Source: Chloroflexota bacterium
GTDB lineage: Bacteria; Chloroflexota; Dehalococcoidia; UBA2979
Assembly: GCA_947472995.1 (NCBI GenBank)
Contig: CANJBO010000001.1
Location: 140,361 to 204,360 of the forward strand
Length of the DNA stretch: 64,000 bases
Reading direction: 5' to 3'
The translations under genes and the position numbers were made by a program. This document shows positions 26,247 through 37,113 of the stretch, one piece after another. Each line of letters starts with the position of its first letter. Position 1 is the stretch's first letter. The notes under the pieces were generated by a model. It searched no databases. It saw nothing but the letters and a program-made list of their open reading frames with translations, and was not told the DNA's origin.

Positions 26247-27434
26247 CTACTCGACGGCGCGGTCGCGCAGGACGGCGACGCCCGGGAGCTGGATGCCCTG
26301 CAGCATCTCCAGCGAGGCGCCACCACCGGTGGACACGTGCGAGATGCGGTCGGCGACGCCGGCGCGCTGCACGGCCGCCGCGGTCTCGCCGCCGCCGACG
26401 ACGGTGACGGCGTGCGGGAGGAACGCGAGGATGCGCGCCAGCTCGATCGTGCCGCGGTCGAAGGGCTCGCGCTCGAAGAAGCCGACGGGGCCGTTCCACA
26501 CGACGGTGTTCATCTCCTGCAGCGCCTCGCGCACGTCCTCGACGGTCTGGCGGCCGATGTCGAGGATGCGGAAGCCGGGGGGCACGCGGTTCACGGAGAC
26601 GGTGTTCACGCGCTCCCCGCCGGGGTCGGCGATCACGACGTCGGTCGGGATGATCAGCCGCAGGTCGTCGCGCAGCGCCGCCGTGCGCATGACATTGAAC
26701 GCCTCGTCGATGCGGTCGCTCTCGACGAGCGACGAGCCGATGTCGATGCCCTGCGCCATGAGGAAGGTGTTCGCGATCCCACCGCCGACGATGATCAGGT
26801 CGGCGTGCTGCGCGAGGTTCTCGAGGATGCCGATCTTGTCGGACACCTTCGCCCCGCCGAGGATGATCGCGAACGGCCGCTTCGGCTCGATCACCTGCTC
26901 GAGGTAGTCGAGCTCGCGCTCCATGAGCAGGCCGGCGACCGCCGGCAGGTGCTGCGCGACCCCGACGACCGAGGCGTGCGCGCGGTGGGCCGTCCCGAAG
27001 GCGTCGCACACGAAGATGTCAGCGAGCGACGCGAGCTGGCGCGCGAACTCCGGGTCGTTCTCCTCTTCCTCGGGGTGGAAGCGCACGTTCTCCAGCAGGA
27101 TCACGTCGCCCGGCTCCATCGCCGCGACGGCCGCCTCGGCCTCCGGGCCAACGCACGTGCGGAGCGCCTTCACCTCCTGGCCGAGGAGCTTGCTGAGGTG
27201 TGCGGCAACGGGAGCGTTGCGCAGCTCCTCGACGACCTTGCCCTGCGGGCGGCCGCGGTGCGAGCAGGCGATGATCTTCGCGCCGCGCTCCTGGAGCGCG
27301 CGGATCGTCGGCACGGACTCGCGCAGGCGCATGTCGTCGAGGATCTGGCCGTCATCGAACTGCACGTTGTAGTCGACGCGGAGGAAGACGCGCTGACCCG
27401 AGACATCAATGTCACGAATCGTCTGCTTGTGCAT
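26247..27434 (-). CDS. pgk: Phosphoglycerate kinase
   Basis: FLRVDYNVQ, SHRGRP, LLENVRFH, IILGGAKVSDKI and STGGGASLE. Confidence 0.95.
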   Translation of the reverse strand: MHKQTIRDIDVSGQRVFLRVDYNVQFDDGQILDDMRLRESVPTIRALQERGAKIIACSHRGRPQGKVVEELRNAPVAAHLSKLLGQEVKALRTCVGPEAEAAVAAMEPGDVILLENVRFHPEEEENDPEFARQLASLADIFVCDAFGTAHRAHASVVGVAQHLPAVAGLLMERELDYLEQVIEPKRPFAIILGGAKVSDKIGILENLAQHADLIIVGGGIANTFLMAQGIDIGSSLVESDRIDEAFNVMRTAALRDDLRLIIPTDVVIADPGGERVNTVSVNRVPPGFRILDIGRQTVEDVREALQEMNTVVWNGPVGFFEREPFDRGTIELARILAFLPHAVTVVGGGETAAAVQRAGVADRISHVSTGGGASLEMLQGIQLPGVAVLRDRAVE

Positions 27435-27527
27435 CAGGAACCTCCGGCGGGAGCGCCCGGTGAGACGGAGCCCGGATCAGACGAAACGGAGCGTGCGGTC
27501 GCCGGGGAGGCAGCGCGGAATGGCAGG

Positions 27528-27557
27528 ATCATAGGGGCCGACGAACGTTGGCGGCAA
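27528..27557 (-). promoter_or_regulatory. Candidate promoter TTGCCG-18-TATGAT for the pgk-apgM-tpiA array
   Basis: Minus-strand hexamers at 27557-27552 and 27533-27528, about 95 nt upstream of the pgk ATG, which has a GGAGG RBS. Confidence 0.3.
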
Positions 27558-27571
27558 CGCGCCGCCCGCCT

Positions 27572-28606
27572 CTAGAAGTCCCGCCCCACGAGGACCCGCG
27601 CGAACTCCGTGCACAGCCGCACGGCGTCCTCGTCCACCCCGGCGCGGCGGAGCGCGGCGAGCGCCGCCTGCTCCTCGAACGTCGCCATCGCCTCGGTCGA
27701 GGCACGCGCCTCGCCCGCCTCGAGGAGCGCCCGGAGCGCCGGGACGTCGATGGCCTCGGCCCCCTCGTACGCCGCGCGGAGGCGGTCGCCCTGCGCGCCG
27801 GCGAGCCCGACGATCACGGGGTAGGTCATCTTGCGCGAGGCGAGGTCGTCGCCGACCGGCTTCCCGGTGACCGCCGGGTCACCCCAGATGCCGAGGACGT
27901 CGTCGACCGCCTGGAACGCGAGCCCCATGCGCCGGCCGAACTCGCGGTAGGCGTCCACGACCTCGGGCGCGGCGCCCGCCAGCAGCGCACCGATCGCGAA
28001 CGGTGCGGCAAACATCGCCGCCGTCTTGCCCCCCGCCATCCGCAGGTACTCCTCCAGCGTCACGTCCCGCCGCGCCTCGAACGCGATGTCGAGGTACTGG
28101 CCCTCGACGAGGCGCAGGCAGGCCTCGTGCAGCTCGCGGGAGGCGGCCAGCGCGCGGTCGGGCTCCACGCCGAGCGGCGCGAGACGGTACATCGCGAGGT
28201 GGGCGAGCGTGAACATGCCGTCGCCGGCGTTGATCGCCTGCGCCTCGCCCGCGAACGTCCACACGGTCTCACGGCCGCGCCGCGTCTCGCTGCGGTCCTC
28301 GATGTCGTCGTGCAGCAGCGAGAAGTTGTGGATCAGCTCGACGGCCGCAGCCGCCGGCACCGCCTGCTCGACGCGCCCGCCGCACAGCTCCGTCGCGAGG
28401 AGCAGCGCGAGCGGGCGCAGCAGCTTGCCCGGCGATGCGTTCACCGCCGCGCCGCCGCGGTCCTCCCAGCCGAGGTGGTAGCGCATCCACGCGTACAGCC
28501 CGTCGGGCGACTCGCCGAGGACGGCGCGCATCTCCCGCTGCACCAGCGGCCGGTAGCGCTCGCCCAGCGCTTCGAGATCCGGCGCCTCGAGATCGGGCGC
28601 GCTCAT
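27572..28606 (-). CDS. Polyprenyl (geranylgeranyl/farnesyl) diphosphate synthase family protein
   Basis: First Asp-rich motif LLHDDIEDRSETRRG and second motif FQAVDDVLG. Confidence 0.88.
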   Translation of the reverse strand: MSAPDLEAPDLEALGERYRPLVQREMRAVLGESPDGLYAWMRYHLGWEDRGGAAVNASPGKLLRPLALLLATELCGGRVEQAVPAAAAVELIHNFSLLHDDIEDRSETRRGRETVWTFAGEAQAINAGDGMFTLAHLAMYRLAPLGVEPDRALAASRELHEACLRLVEGQYLDIAFEARRDVTLEEYLRMAGGKTAAMFAAPFAIGALLAGAAPEVVDAYREFGRRMGLAFQAVDDVLGIWGDPAVTGKPVGDDLASRKMTYPVIVGLAGAQGDRLRAAYEGAEAIDVPALRALLEAGEARASTEAMATFEEQAALAALRRAGVDEDAVRLCTEFARVLVGRDF

Positions 28607-30975
28607 GCGCCGCTCGATGCGGGCACGAGGGAGAGACGCGACTCGACCGCCTGCTCGATCGCCGCGGGCGAGAAGAGCAGCGGGCGCTGCCGCCCGGCGA
28701 GGTAGTCCGCGACGCAGTCGAGGTAGCGCGGGTGCCCCGGGATGCCGGAGTTCCCCGTCGGCAGGATGAACGTCGAGCGGTCGAGGTCAGCGAGGTCGAC
28801 GACCTGCCGATACGCCGGCGCGATTTCGGCTGCCTTCGCGCCGGTGCGCACCTCGCGGAGGCTGTACGCGGCCTGCTGGACGGTGTTCACGTCGCCGCCG
28901 AACGGGTACGGCCCCGCACCGAAGATGCGGCCGACGCCGGCGACGCCGTCCAGCGGGTGCGCGGGGCGGTACTGCTGCAACGCGCCCCACTGCCAGCGGC
29001 GCGGGTCCGCGCCCAGCGAGGCGCGCAGGAACTCGACGGCCCGCGCGGCGGCACCCGCGAGCTGCCGGTCGCGGTCCTCGACGCCGTCGAACCACGGCGG
29101 CGTGGCGCGCTCGGTCGCCTGCACGATCTGCCCCTGCATGCGGTAGATGTAGGTCGAGGCGCTCGACGCGCCGGGCACGCCGGCGCCCAGCACGAGGGGC
29201 GCCTCCGCGCCGGCGACGCGCTGCGCGAGCGACCGCGCGAGCGTCTCGTAGGTCACGGAGGCGATGGCCGCGCCCGCGCTCTCCGGCTCAAGGCGCCCGT
29301 CCCAGCGCTGGAGGATCGGCCCCTCGGGCTCCGCGACGGCGCCGCGCGAGACGAGCAGGTCGCGCAGCCGCACGAGGTGCGCCGAGTAGCGATCGACCTG
29401 GATCGCCTGGAACGAGGCGACGTGGTGCTTCTCGCGCGAGGCGAGCAGGCCCACGATGCGCTCGGCGCGGCGCGGCTCGCACCACTCCTCGCCCAGCTCG
29501 ATCTCGACGCCCGGCGCCTGGTTGGCGCTCACGACGACGCCCGAGGGCGGATCGACGAGTCGCGGCATCTCGTCGGAGCGCAGCACCTCGGACGGGCCGG
29601 GCGAGGTCGCCCCGGCGGCGGGCAGCAGCCCCTCGCCGAGCGCGCGTCGCGGCACGCGGCCGACCATGCGGTAGCCGACGCGGTTGTGGACGTCCGCGAA
29701 CACGAAGTTGAACGTCGTCCCCGGCCAGCCCTCGATCGCCCGCTCGAACTCGTCGATGTCGCCCGCACGCGCCATGCCGAGGAACGGCGCGACGAGGTCA
29801 CCGGGCTCGAGCGCCGTGGAGCGCAATGCGATCTCGTGCGTGCCGCCCGCGAGCGCCGGCGTCACGACGGGGCCATGCCGCGTCACTCGCACGCGCTCCT
29901 CGACGGGCGCGCCGTCGCGCACGAGGATGCGCTCGACGTGCTCCTCGGCGGTGGCCCAGCCATCGGGCGTGCGGTAGCGGCGGGGATCGGCGGGGTCGAA
30001 CTCCTCGACGAAGCAGTCGGCGACGTCCGCCATCCCGGCAGTGATGCCCCACGCAACGCGTCGGTTGTGGCCCATCGCGATGCCCGGCACCCCGGCGAAG
30101 TCCGCACCGACGGCGTCCAGCGACTCCTCGGCGATGTGGCTCACGTGCAGCAGCCCGGGCAGCCTCGGCGCGAGGTGCGGATCGGACGCGAGCAGCGGCG
30201 CCTGCGTCACGGTGTGCCGCCACGTCACCGCCCATGCGTTCGAGGCAGCGCCAGCCGGCATGCCCGCCTCGACGGCCGCGCGGTACGCGGCGAGCAGGCG
30301 GTCCGCCGCGGAGGCGTGCGGGCGGCCGGTCGTCGTCGTCCCGGCGCGCGGGTGCACCGGCTCGATCGCGGCGGCACGCTCGACGCCCAGCGAGCGGATC
30401 AGGCGCTCGCGCAGCAGCTCGGTGTCCCAGTTGCCGCTGAAGCCGAACAGGATCAGGCGCCCGACGAGCAGCGAGTCCTCCGGGCGCCACGGCGGCGGCG
30501 TGCCCCCGAAGACCTCGTACTCCGGCGGGAGCGCGGCGAGCGTGCGGATGCCCGCGTTCACGCCGCGCGCGTACGCATCGAGGAGCGCGCGATGCTCCGG
30601 CGAGGCGAGCGCGAGGTCATCGACCGTCGCGCGACCGAGGCCGAGGCGGCGCATGAGGCGGTCGCTGTTCACCGCGCGCGCGCCGGCGACCTCGGCCAGG
30701 CGGCCGGCGGCGATGCGGCGCAGCAGGTCCATCTGGAACAGCCGGTCCTGGGCATGCACGAGCCCCTGCCCGAAGAGCGCGTCGGCGTCGGTCTGCGCGA
30801 AGACGTGCGGGACACCGTGGCGGTCGCGCACGATCTCGATCGGCGCGGAGGCACCCTCGACGCGCAGGACGCCGTCGACCTGCGGGAACGCGCGGCGGGT
30901 CGTCGTGCTGTAGACGGAGCGACCGAGGGCCCGCGCGAGCGCGAACGTCGAGCGTGCGCGCGCGGGCAGGCCCAT
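28603..30975 (-). CDS. Penicillin acylase family Ntn-hydrolase (penicillin/AHL acylase-like)
   Basis: DRHGVPHVFA, GLVHAQDRLFQMD and the autoproteolytic site GAASNAWAV. 790 aa. Confidence 0.85.
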   Translation of the reverse strand: MGLPARARSTFALARALGRSVYSTTTRRAFPQVDGVLRVEGASAPIEIVRDRHGVPHVFAQTDADALFGQGLVHAQDRLFQMDLLRRIAAGRLAEVAGARAVNSDRLMRRLGLGRATVDDLALASPEHRALLDAYARGVNAGIRTLAALPPEYEVFGGTPPPWRPEDSLLVGRLILFGFSGNWDTELLRERLIRSLGVERAAAIEPVHPRAGTTTTGRPHASAADRLLAAYRAAVEAGMPAGAASNAWAVTWRHTVTQAPLLASDPHLAPRLPGLLHVSHIAEESLDAVGADFAGVPGIAMGHNRRVAWGITAGMADVADCFVEEFDPADPRRYRTPDGWATAEEHVERILVRDGAPVEERVRVTRHGPVVTPALAGGTHEIALRSTALEPGDLVAPFLGMARAGDIDEFERAIEGWPGTTFNFVFADVHNRVGYRMVGRVPRRALGEGLLPAAGATSPGPSEVLRSDEMPRLVDPPSGVVVSANQAPGVEIELGEEWCEPRRAERIVGLLASREKHHVASFQAIQVDRYSAHLVRLRDLLVSRGAVAEPEGPILQRWDGRLEPESAGAAIASVTYETLARSLAQRVAGAEAPLVLGAGVPGASSASTYIYRMQGQIVQATERATPPWFDGVEDRDRQLAGAAARAVEFLRASLGADPRRWQWGALQQYRPAHPLDGVAGVGRIFGAGPYPFGGDVNTVQQAAYSLREVRTGAKAAEIAPAYRQVVDLADLDRSTFILPTGNSGIPGHPRYLDCVADYLAGRQRPLLFSPAAIEQAVESRLSLVPASSGA

Positions 30976-30979
30976 CGCG

Positions 30980-31450
30980 CTACCGCTCCCCGGCGTCGCC
31001 CGGGCGTCGCGTCGCGTCGTCGAGGGCCTGCAGCTTGGCGAGGCGGCGTTCGTGGCGGCCGCCCTCGAACTCCGCGCTGCGGAAGGCGCGCATGACCTCG
31101 GAGGCCGCGCCCCGGCCGATCGCCCACGCGCCCATGCAGAGGATGTTGACGTTCGTGTGCTCGCGCGCGCGCTTCGAGGAGAACGTGTCGTGGCACACCG
31201 CCGCGCGGATGCCGTGCACCTTGTTCGCGACGATCGAGGGCCCGACGCCGTTGGAGCAGATCAGGATGCCGAAGTCGAACTCCCCGGCGGCGACGCCCTG
31301 CGCGAGCGGGATCGCGATGTCCGGGTAGTCGCACGACTCCAGCGAGTCCGTGCCAAAGTCGCTGACCTCGTCGCCGAGCGCGGCCAGCTCGTCCCGCAGG
31401 ATGTTCTTCAGCTCGAACCCGGCGTGGTCAGAGCCAATCGCGACGCGCAT
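30980..31450 (-). CDS. rpiB: Ribose-5-phosphate isomerase B
   Basis: MRVAIGSDHAGFELK, GILICSNGVGPSIVANK and CHDTFSSKRAREHTNVN. Start at ATG 31450. Confidence 0.9.
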   Translation of the reverse strand: MRVAIGSDHAGFELKNILRDELAALGDEVSDFGTDSLESCDYPDIAIPLAQGVAAGEFDFGILICSNGVGPSIVANKVHGIRAAVCHDTFSSKRAREHTNVNILCMGAWAIGRGAASEVMRAFRSAEFEGGRHERRLAKLQALDDATRRPGDAGER

Positions 31451-31486
31451 CCGCTGCTCCGGTCGATCGAGGTGTCGAGGGCTCCC

Positions 31487-31514
31487 ATCGTATAGCGTTG
31501 TCCGCGCTGGATCA
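31487..31514 (-). promoter_or_regulatory. Candidate promoter TGATCC-16-TACGAT for rpiB
   Basis: Minus-strand TACGAT at 31492-31487, 36 nt upstream of the ATG, with a GGAG RBS. Confidence 0.3.
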
Positions 31515-31546
31515 GCGGCGCGTACTATCCCGTCTGGGGAGGCACC

Positions 31547-32887
31547 ATGCCGCGCGTGCTCATGCTCGTCGTCGCCCTCGCCGCCGCGGTCGTCCTCGGA
31601 TGCCGGGCTACCGACCCAGAGCCGCCACCCCCGACGGCCGCGACGGCCTCGACCACCCAGTCGGCGACGGCGCAACCCACGACAACGGTCACCGCCCGCA
31701 GCACGCCAACGCCGCCCCCCACGCCCGCCTGCACCGCGACGCTCGATGCCGCGCCGTTCCGAGCGCACCTGCCGTTCGACCGGATCCCGGGCGCGGCCCT
31801 CGACTACCTCAACGCGGGCGGGAACGTCGGCTCGTTGCGGACAGCGCTGACCTGCTGGGGGAACATCCGGATCGCGACACCGGCTGATGAGAGGGTGTAC
31901 GGCGGCATCGAGGAAGCCGACTTGGACGCGGACGGAACAGCCGAGCTCGTACTCGCCGTGGGCGATCGTGACCGACTAATTGTGCCTCCACCGGGACGCG
32001 TGCTGATCCTCCAGCGCTCAGGCTCGACGTATACGGTCCGGTTCGACTCGACTGATTTGCGAATCGGATCGTCCGGATTGAAGGCACTCGATGACAGTCC
32101 GCTGCTCCTGCCGTTCGAGGACAGGAACGGGGACGGCGCGGTCGACCTGACGTACACCACTCAACACCTCTATGCGAGCTCGACCGGCCTTGCGGTGACC
32201 GTGATCGGCCGCCGTGCGGGCACTTCTGCCTTCGAGACGCTGCTCTCCGAGGAGATGACCTTCGGGAGGCTCGCGATCAGTCTCGGCAGAGACGGCACCT
32301 CAGTGTTCACGCTCACCGGCGGACCGAAGAGCGGGAATTACGGTCCGCCCCGCGATCGACGAGAGACCTATGCGTGGAACGGACAGCTCTTTGCGAAAGT
32401 CTCGGATGTCCCAGCCGAGCCGCGCGACAAATGGGACGACCTGTGGGTCGTATACGACGCGGACAGGGCGGCCAGGTCGGGACGCTATGACGAAGCAATC
32501 GAGGGCTATCGTTACCTCGAGCAGCGGCCACCATCCATGGGCTCAGCGACGCGCGCTGCGGAACTCCGAGTGTACGGTCGGTTCCGCCTCATGCTCGCGT
32601 ACCTAGCGACGGGCGATGTTGCTGCGGCCCAGACCATCGCACCGACCTTCGCCTCGGACACGGCGCGGCGGGCCGCGCCCGGATCGGCGCTCGCCCTAGG
32701 TGCGGCGTTCATGACGACGTACGACACCGGCCACGATCTCGCAGCCGCATGCGTCAACGCGATCGGCAACGATCAGGCGTTCCAGTCTGTGGTGCCATCG
32801 AGTCCGGGTTGGCCCGAGGATCTTCGAGCGCTGATGAGGCTCATCTACTTCGACTACAGACCGAAGGACTTCTGCCCCTTCGGCTAG
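31547..32887 (+). CDS. Hypothetical lipoprotein (Thr/Pro-rich linker, FG-GAP/VCBS-like DxDGxxE segments, TPR-like C-terminus)
   Basis: Signal peptide with lipobox VVLGC. DLDADGTAELVL and DRNGDGAVDL. GC content is about 55-65%, lower than its neighbours. Confidence 0.65.
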   Translation: MPRVLMLVVALAAAVVLGCRATDPEPPPPTAATASTTQSATAQPTTTVTARSTPTPPPTPACTATLDAAPFRAHLPFDRIPGAALDYLNAGGNVGSLRTALTCWGNIRIATPADERVYGGIEEADLDADGTAELVLAVGDRDRLIVPPPGRVLILQRSGSTYTVRFDSTDLRIGSSGLKALDDSPLLLPFEDRNGDGAVDLTYTTQHLYASSTGLAVTVIGRRAGTSAFETLLSEEMTFGRLAISLGRDGTSVFTLTGGPKSGNYGPPRDRRETYAWNGQLFAKVSDVPAEPRDKWDDLWVVYDADRAARSGRYDEAIEGYRYLEQRPPSMGSATRAAELRVYGRFRLMLAYLATGDVAAAQTIAPTFASDTARRAAPGSALALGAAFMTTYDTGHDLAAACVNAIGNDQAFQSVVPSSPGWPEDLRALMRLIYFDYRPKDFCPFG

Positions 32888-32893
32888 TACCGC

Positions 32894-33493
32894 TTACTCC
32901 TCGGCGCCGAGGTCGGCCGCGCTGATCGGGCCGGCGCGCAGGATCCGCGGACGCTCGCCCGTGAGGTCGACGACGGTCGAGGGGGCTGTGCTATCGCGCG
33001 GTCCGCCGTCGAGGATCAGCAGGTCATCGCCGAACGCGGCCATGACCTCGGCGGCGGAGGTGGCGGGCGGCTCGCCGTGGCGGTTCGCGCTGGTGACCGC
33101 GAGGACGCCGCCACAGCCGCGGATCACGGCCCGCGCGATCTCGTCGTCGGGCATGCGCACGCCGATCGTCGCGGTGCTGGTGACCAGCGGCTCGACGAGC
33201 CCGCCCGGCCGCGCCAGCACGACGGCGGTGAGCGCGCCCGGCCAGAAGCGCGCGACGCCGTCCAGCGCGTTCGGCACCTCGAGGAACGGCGCGATCGCCT
33301 CGACGCTGTCGATGAGCACGGCGATCGGCTGCTGCTGCTCGCGCCCCTTCAGGTCCGCGAGCGACCGCACCGCGACGCCGTCCGTCGGCAGCGCGGCGAG
33401 CCCGTACACGGTGTCAGTGGGGATCGCGACGACTTCCCCGGCGAGGATGCGGGTGACCACACGCGCGACGGCGGTCCCGTTGAGGATGGGCAT
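32894..33493 (-). CDS. tsaC: L-threonylcarbamoyladenylate synthase (YrdC/TsaC family)
   Basis: VVAIPTDTVYGLAA, LKGREQQQPIAVL and TSANRHGEP. Confidence 0.88.
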   Translation of the reverse strand: MPILNGTAVARVVTRILAGEVVAIPTDTVYGLAALPTDGVAVRSLADLKGREQQQPIAVLIDSVEAIAPFLEVPNALDGVARFWPGALTAVVLARPGGLVEPLVTSTATIGVRMPDDEIARAVIRGCGGVLAVTSANRHGEPPATSAAEVMAAFGDDLLILDGGPRDSTAPSTVVDLTGERPRILRAGPISAADLGAEE

Positions 33494-33518
33494 CTGGACG
33501 TCCGTTCAGCCTGCGGCA

Positions 33519-34775
33519 TTACTCAGGAAGGATCGTATGCACGATCGTGGCGTCGAGGGGCAACGTCCACTGGTCGCCCGCGCGATCGATGAAGAAGAAG
33601 CGGATCGATCCATCGGAGTCGAGCACGACGCCTGAACCGTCTGGCACCCACTGGCGCGCCCGCGCGCCGCTGCCGGTCGTCGCGAAGATCGTGCCGTCAG
33701 CGCGGTAGAGCGCGACGATGTCCGCAGGGCGGGAGCTCGGCTGTCTGGCCGCCCACGTCACAGCGAACTCGCCGTTGCGGCTCACGTTTGAGACCTGTGC
33801 GAATCCCTCCTCGTAGCCGACTGGCGGACGGATGTCCTCGGTCATCTTCGTTGAGAGGTCGTACCAGAAGAAGCGCGATTCTCCGCCGCTGTAGCAGTTC
33901 CCGTTGTTCCCGAGGATCGACGAACCGCGCCAGACTCGATCGTTGATGCAGACCGGCAGCCGCTGCCCTGACCGGACGGTGGCACCGCCGGGATCGAACA
34001 GGAAGGTCTGTACCGGTTCGTAGTTGATGCCCGTAACGACCAACGACCTCCCGTCCGGCGACCACAAGGGCGTCATGGGATAGATACAGTCCGGCCGTGA
34101 AGGCCCACATTGCTCAGTAGTTCTCTGAAAGATCAGCCGCCCGGCTTCGTCCGCACGGTCACGAACGTACAGGCCGCCGCCGTACGCATACGCAATGCGC
34201 GAGCCATCCGGCGATACCTCCGCGGGCTTCCATGGGAAGAAGTCCCCGCGCACGGGACCGAACTCGAAAAGCGGTGTCTTCACGCCGCCACGAAGGTCGA
34301 TGCGAAACAGCATCGCGTGGACTTCCTTCGGGCCGTTCGGTTGCCGTTCTTCAGCGACGATGACTTCGGAACCGCTGGGAGTCTGCGCGAGGCCCGCAAA
34401 GAACCAGCGTGGCCCGGTAGCCTCGTACAGCCGCCGGTCGGTCGAGGGGTTCGTGAGCGAGACGAGCCACAGGCCGTCGTCGCGCGTGACGAGGAAGCGA
34501 CCCGCCGGTCGTGCCTCGCCTCGGATGGGCGATGGCGGGGTGCCGGGCCACTGCGCGGTGCTCGGCGTGGGCGTCGGCGTGGATGTGGACACCGACGTTG
34601 AGGTCGCTGTTGGTGTGGCGGTGGCGGTTGTGGCGAGCGGGGGTGCTTCGCCCTCGCAGGCCACGAGGCCCAGCGACAGCGCAGCGAGGACGGCCAGCAG
34701 TCGAGCCTTCACGAGGGGCACTCTACCGCCGACCGCTCGTCTCGCGTTGACCCGTGCGAGGGGCGCCGATACCAT
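33519..34775 (-). CDS. Hypothetical lipoprotein with TolB/WD40-like beta-propeller repeats
   Basis: Lipobox LGLVAC, a Thr/Pro-rich linker, and SPDGSRIAY and [10 protein letters not shown] repeats. An alternative GTG start at 34712 is possible. GC content is lower than its neighbours. Confidence 0.65.
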   Translation of the reverse strand: MVSAPLARVNARRAVGGRVPLVKARLLAVLAALSLGLVACEGEAPPLATTATATPTATSTSVSTSTPTPTPSTAQWPGTPPSPIRGEARPAGRFLVTRDDGLWLVSLTNPSTDRRLYEATGPRWFFAGLAQTPSGSEVIVAEERQPNGPKEVHAMLFRIDLRGGVKTPLFEFGPVRGDFFPWKPAEVSPDGSRIAYAYGGGLYVRDRADEAGRLIFQRTTEQCGPSRPDCIYPMTPLWSPDGRSLVVTGINYEPVQTFLFDPGGATVRSGQRLPVCINDRVWRGSSILGNNGNCYSGGESRFFWYDLSTKMTEDIRPPVGYEEGFAQVSNVSRNGEFAVTWAARQPSSRPADIVALYRADGTIFATTGSGARARQWVPDGSGVVLDSDGSIRFFFIDRAGDQWTLPLDATIVHTILPE

Positions 34776-34811
34776 TCGTTCCTAGTTCCTCCCCCACCTC
34801 AGGCGGTTCCC

Positions 34812-36479
34812 ATGGTCGAGACGACCGACGCATCCGCTCCGGCGGATCGGATCCGCACTTCCGGCGACAGCGAGGTTTCGACGTACCTCGAGATCGCGGA
34901 GGCGCGAGAGCCGGGGCAGGTGCTGACGCCCGCCCCCAACGCGCCGGAAGCGGTGGTCGTCCTCGACTACGGCTCGCAGTTCTCGATGCTGATCACGCGC
35001 CGCATCCGCGAGGCGAGCGTGTACTCCGAGCTCGTCCCGTGGGACGCGCCCGCAGAGAAGCTCAACCACCTCAAGGTGAAGGCGTTCGTGCTGTCCGGTG
35101 GCCCCGCCTCGGTGTACGAGGACGGCGCACCGTCGCTGCCCGCTTATGTCGTGAACTCCGGACTCCCCGTCCTGGGCATCTGCTACGGCATGCAGCTGCT
35201 CACGCACACGCTCGGCGGGCGCGTCGAGGCGTCGGGGGAGCGCGAGTACGGGCACGCGATCCTCGAGCTGACCGAGGCGAGCAACCCGCTGCTCAAGGGA
35301 CTCCCCGCCTCGCTCACGGTGTGGGCGTCGCACGGCGACAAGGTCACGCAGCTGCCGCCGGGCTTCCGCGGCATCGCGCAGTCGGACAACTCGCCCGTCG
35401 CGGTGATGACCGACGGCGGGAAGTACTACGGCATCCAGTTCCACCCGGAGGTCGTGCACACGCCGCAGGGCGACACGCTGATCCGCAACTTCCTGTTCGA
35501 GGTCGCCCACTGCGCCGGTGACTGGACCGCGGGCAACTTCGTCGAAGAGTCCGTGCGCGCGATCAAGGCGGCCGTCGGCGACGGCCAGGTGATCTGCGCG
35601 CTGTCCGGCGGGGTGGACTCGGCCGTCGCCGCGAGCCTCGTGCATGCCGCGATCGGCGACCAGCTGACGTGCATCTTCGTCGACAACGGCCTGCTGCGAC
35701 TGGGCGAGGCGGAGCGCGTCGTCGCCACGTTCGGGCGGCACATGGCGATCAAGCTCAAGCACGTCGATGCGACCGACCGGTTCCTCGACGAGCTCGCCGG
35801 GGTGACCGACCCCGAGACGAAGCGCAAGCGCATCGGCGAGACGTTCATCCACCTGTTCGAGGACGAGACGAAGGCGATCGGCCGCGTCGACTTCCTCGTG
35901 CAGGGCACCACCTACCCCGACGTGATCGAGTCGGCGAGCACCGGCAACTCCGCCGCGGCGAAGATCAAGACGCACCACAACGTCGGCGGTCTGCCGAAGG
36001 ACATGCGGCTCACGCTGATCGAGCCGATGCGCAACCTGTTCAAGGACGAGGTGCGCCGCGTCGGCAAGCAGCTCGGCCTCCCGGACGAGATGGTCTACCG
36101 CCAGCCGTTCCCCGGCCCCGGCCTCGCGATCCGCATCATCGGCGAGGTGACGCACGAGAAGCTCGACATCCTGCGCCGCGCGGACTGGATCCTGATGGAC
36201 GAGATCAAGAAGGCCGACGTCTACTACGACATGTGGCAGTCGTTCGCCGTGCTCACCGACACCAAGTCCGTCGGCGTGCAGGGCGACTTCCGCACCTACG
36301 GCCACACGATCGCGTTGCGCTGCGTCGCCGCCGAGGACGCGATGACCGCCGACTGGGCGCGCCTCCCCTACGACCTGCTCGCCGCGATCTCCACGCGCAT
36401 CACCAACGAGGTGCGCGAGGTGAACCGCATCGTCTACGACATCACCTCGAAGCCCCCGGGAACGATCGAGTGGGAGTAA
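34812..36479 (+). CDS. guaA: GMP synthase (glutamine-hydrolysing)
   Basis: GATase domain [12 protein letters not shown]-PPase SGGVDS and the C-terminal GTIEWE. About 45 aa of N-terminal extension if ATG 34812 is used. Confidence 0.95.
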   Translation: MVETTDASAPADRIRTSGDSEVSTYLEIAEAREPGQVLTPAPNAPEAVVVLDYGSQFSMLITRRIREASVYSELVPWDAPAEKLNHLKVKAFVLSGGPASVYEDGAPSLPAYVVNSGLPVLGICYGMQLLTHTLGGRVEASGEREYGHAILELTEASNPLLKGLPASLTVWASHGDKVTQLPPGFRGIAQSDNSPVAVMTDGGKYYGIQFHPEVVHTPQGDTLIRNFLFEVAHCAGDWTAGNFVEESVRAIKAAVGDGQVICALSGGVDSAVAASLVHAAIGDQLTCIFVDNGLLRLGEAERVVATFGRHMAIKLKHVDATDRFLDELAGVTDPETKRKRIGETFIHLFEDETKAIGRVDFLVQGTTYPDVIESASTGNSAAAKIKTHHNVGGLPKDMRLTLIEPMRNLFKDEVRRVGKQLGLPDEMVYRQPFPGPGLAIRIIGEVTHEKLDILRRADWILMDEIKKADVYYDMWQSFAVLTDTKSVGVQGDFRTYGHTIALRCVAAEDAMTADWARLPYDLLAAISTRITNEVREVNRIVYDITSKPPGTIEWE

Positions 36480-36486
36480 CGCCGTC

Positions 36487-37113
36487 GTGCGCGAGCTGAT
36501 CGTCTCGGAGCTGCTGACGCTGGACGGCGTGATGGAAGCGCCCGGCGGCGAGCCCGGGCACCCGCACAGCGGCTGGGCCTTCGACTACATGGGCGAGGAC
36601 GTGATCGCCACCAAGCTCGACGAGGTGCTCGAGGCGGGCTCGCTGCTCCTCGGACGCGTGACGTACGAGTCGTTCGCCAGCGCGTGGCCGGACCGCGGCG
36701 GCGACCACCCCGTCGTCGAGGACGTCCTCGCGGGCGTGAGCGCCACCGTCGCCGCTCTCGCCAACCGCCTGAACGCGATGCCGAAGCACGTCGCCTCGAC
36801 CACGCTGCGCGACCCCGCGTGGCACAACACCACCGCCATCGACGGCGACGTGCCGGCGGCGGTCGCGCGGCTGAAGGCGCAGGACGGCGGCCCGATCGTC
36901 GTCAATGGCAGCCGGACGCTCGTCCAGGCGCTGATCGCGCACGACCTCGTCGATGTGTACCGGCTGACGGTCATGCCCGTCGCGGTCGGCAGCGGCGACC
37001 GGCTGTTCCCCGAGACGCAGCGCAAGACCTCGCTCGATCTCGTCGACGTGCGCTCGTTCGCCTCCGGCGCGGTCACGCAGACCTACCGCACGAGCCCCAA
37101 GAGGGCCGGCTGA
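36487..37113 (+). CDS. Dihydrofolate reductase family protein (RibD C-terminal domain type)
   Basis: LTLDGVMEAPGG, LLLGRVTYESFASAWP, and VDVYRLTVMPVAVGSG. GTG start. Confidence 0.8.
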   Translation: MRELIVSELLTLDGVMEAPGGEPGHPHSGWAFDYMGEDVIATKLDEVLEAGSLLLGRVTYESFASAWPDRGGDHPVVEDVLAGVSATVAALANRLNAMPKHVASTTLRDPAWHNTTAIDGDVPAAVARLKAQDGGPIVVNGSRTLVQALIAHDLVDVYRLTVMPVAVGSGDRLFPETQRKTSLDLVDVRSFASGAVTQTYRTSPKRAG

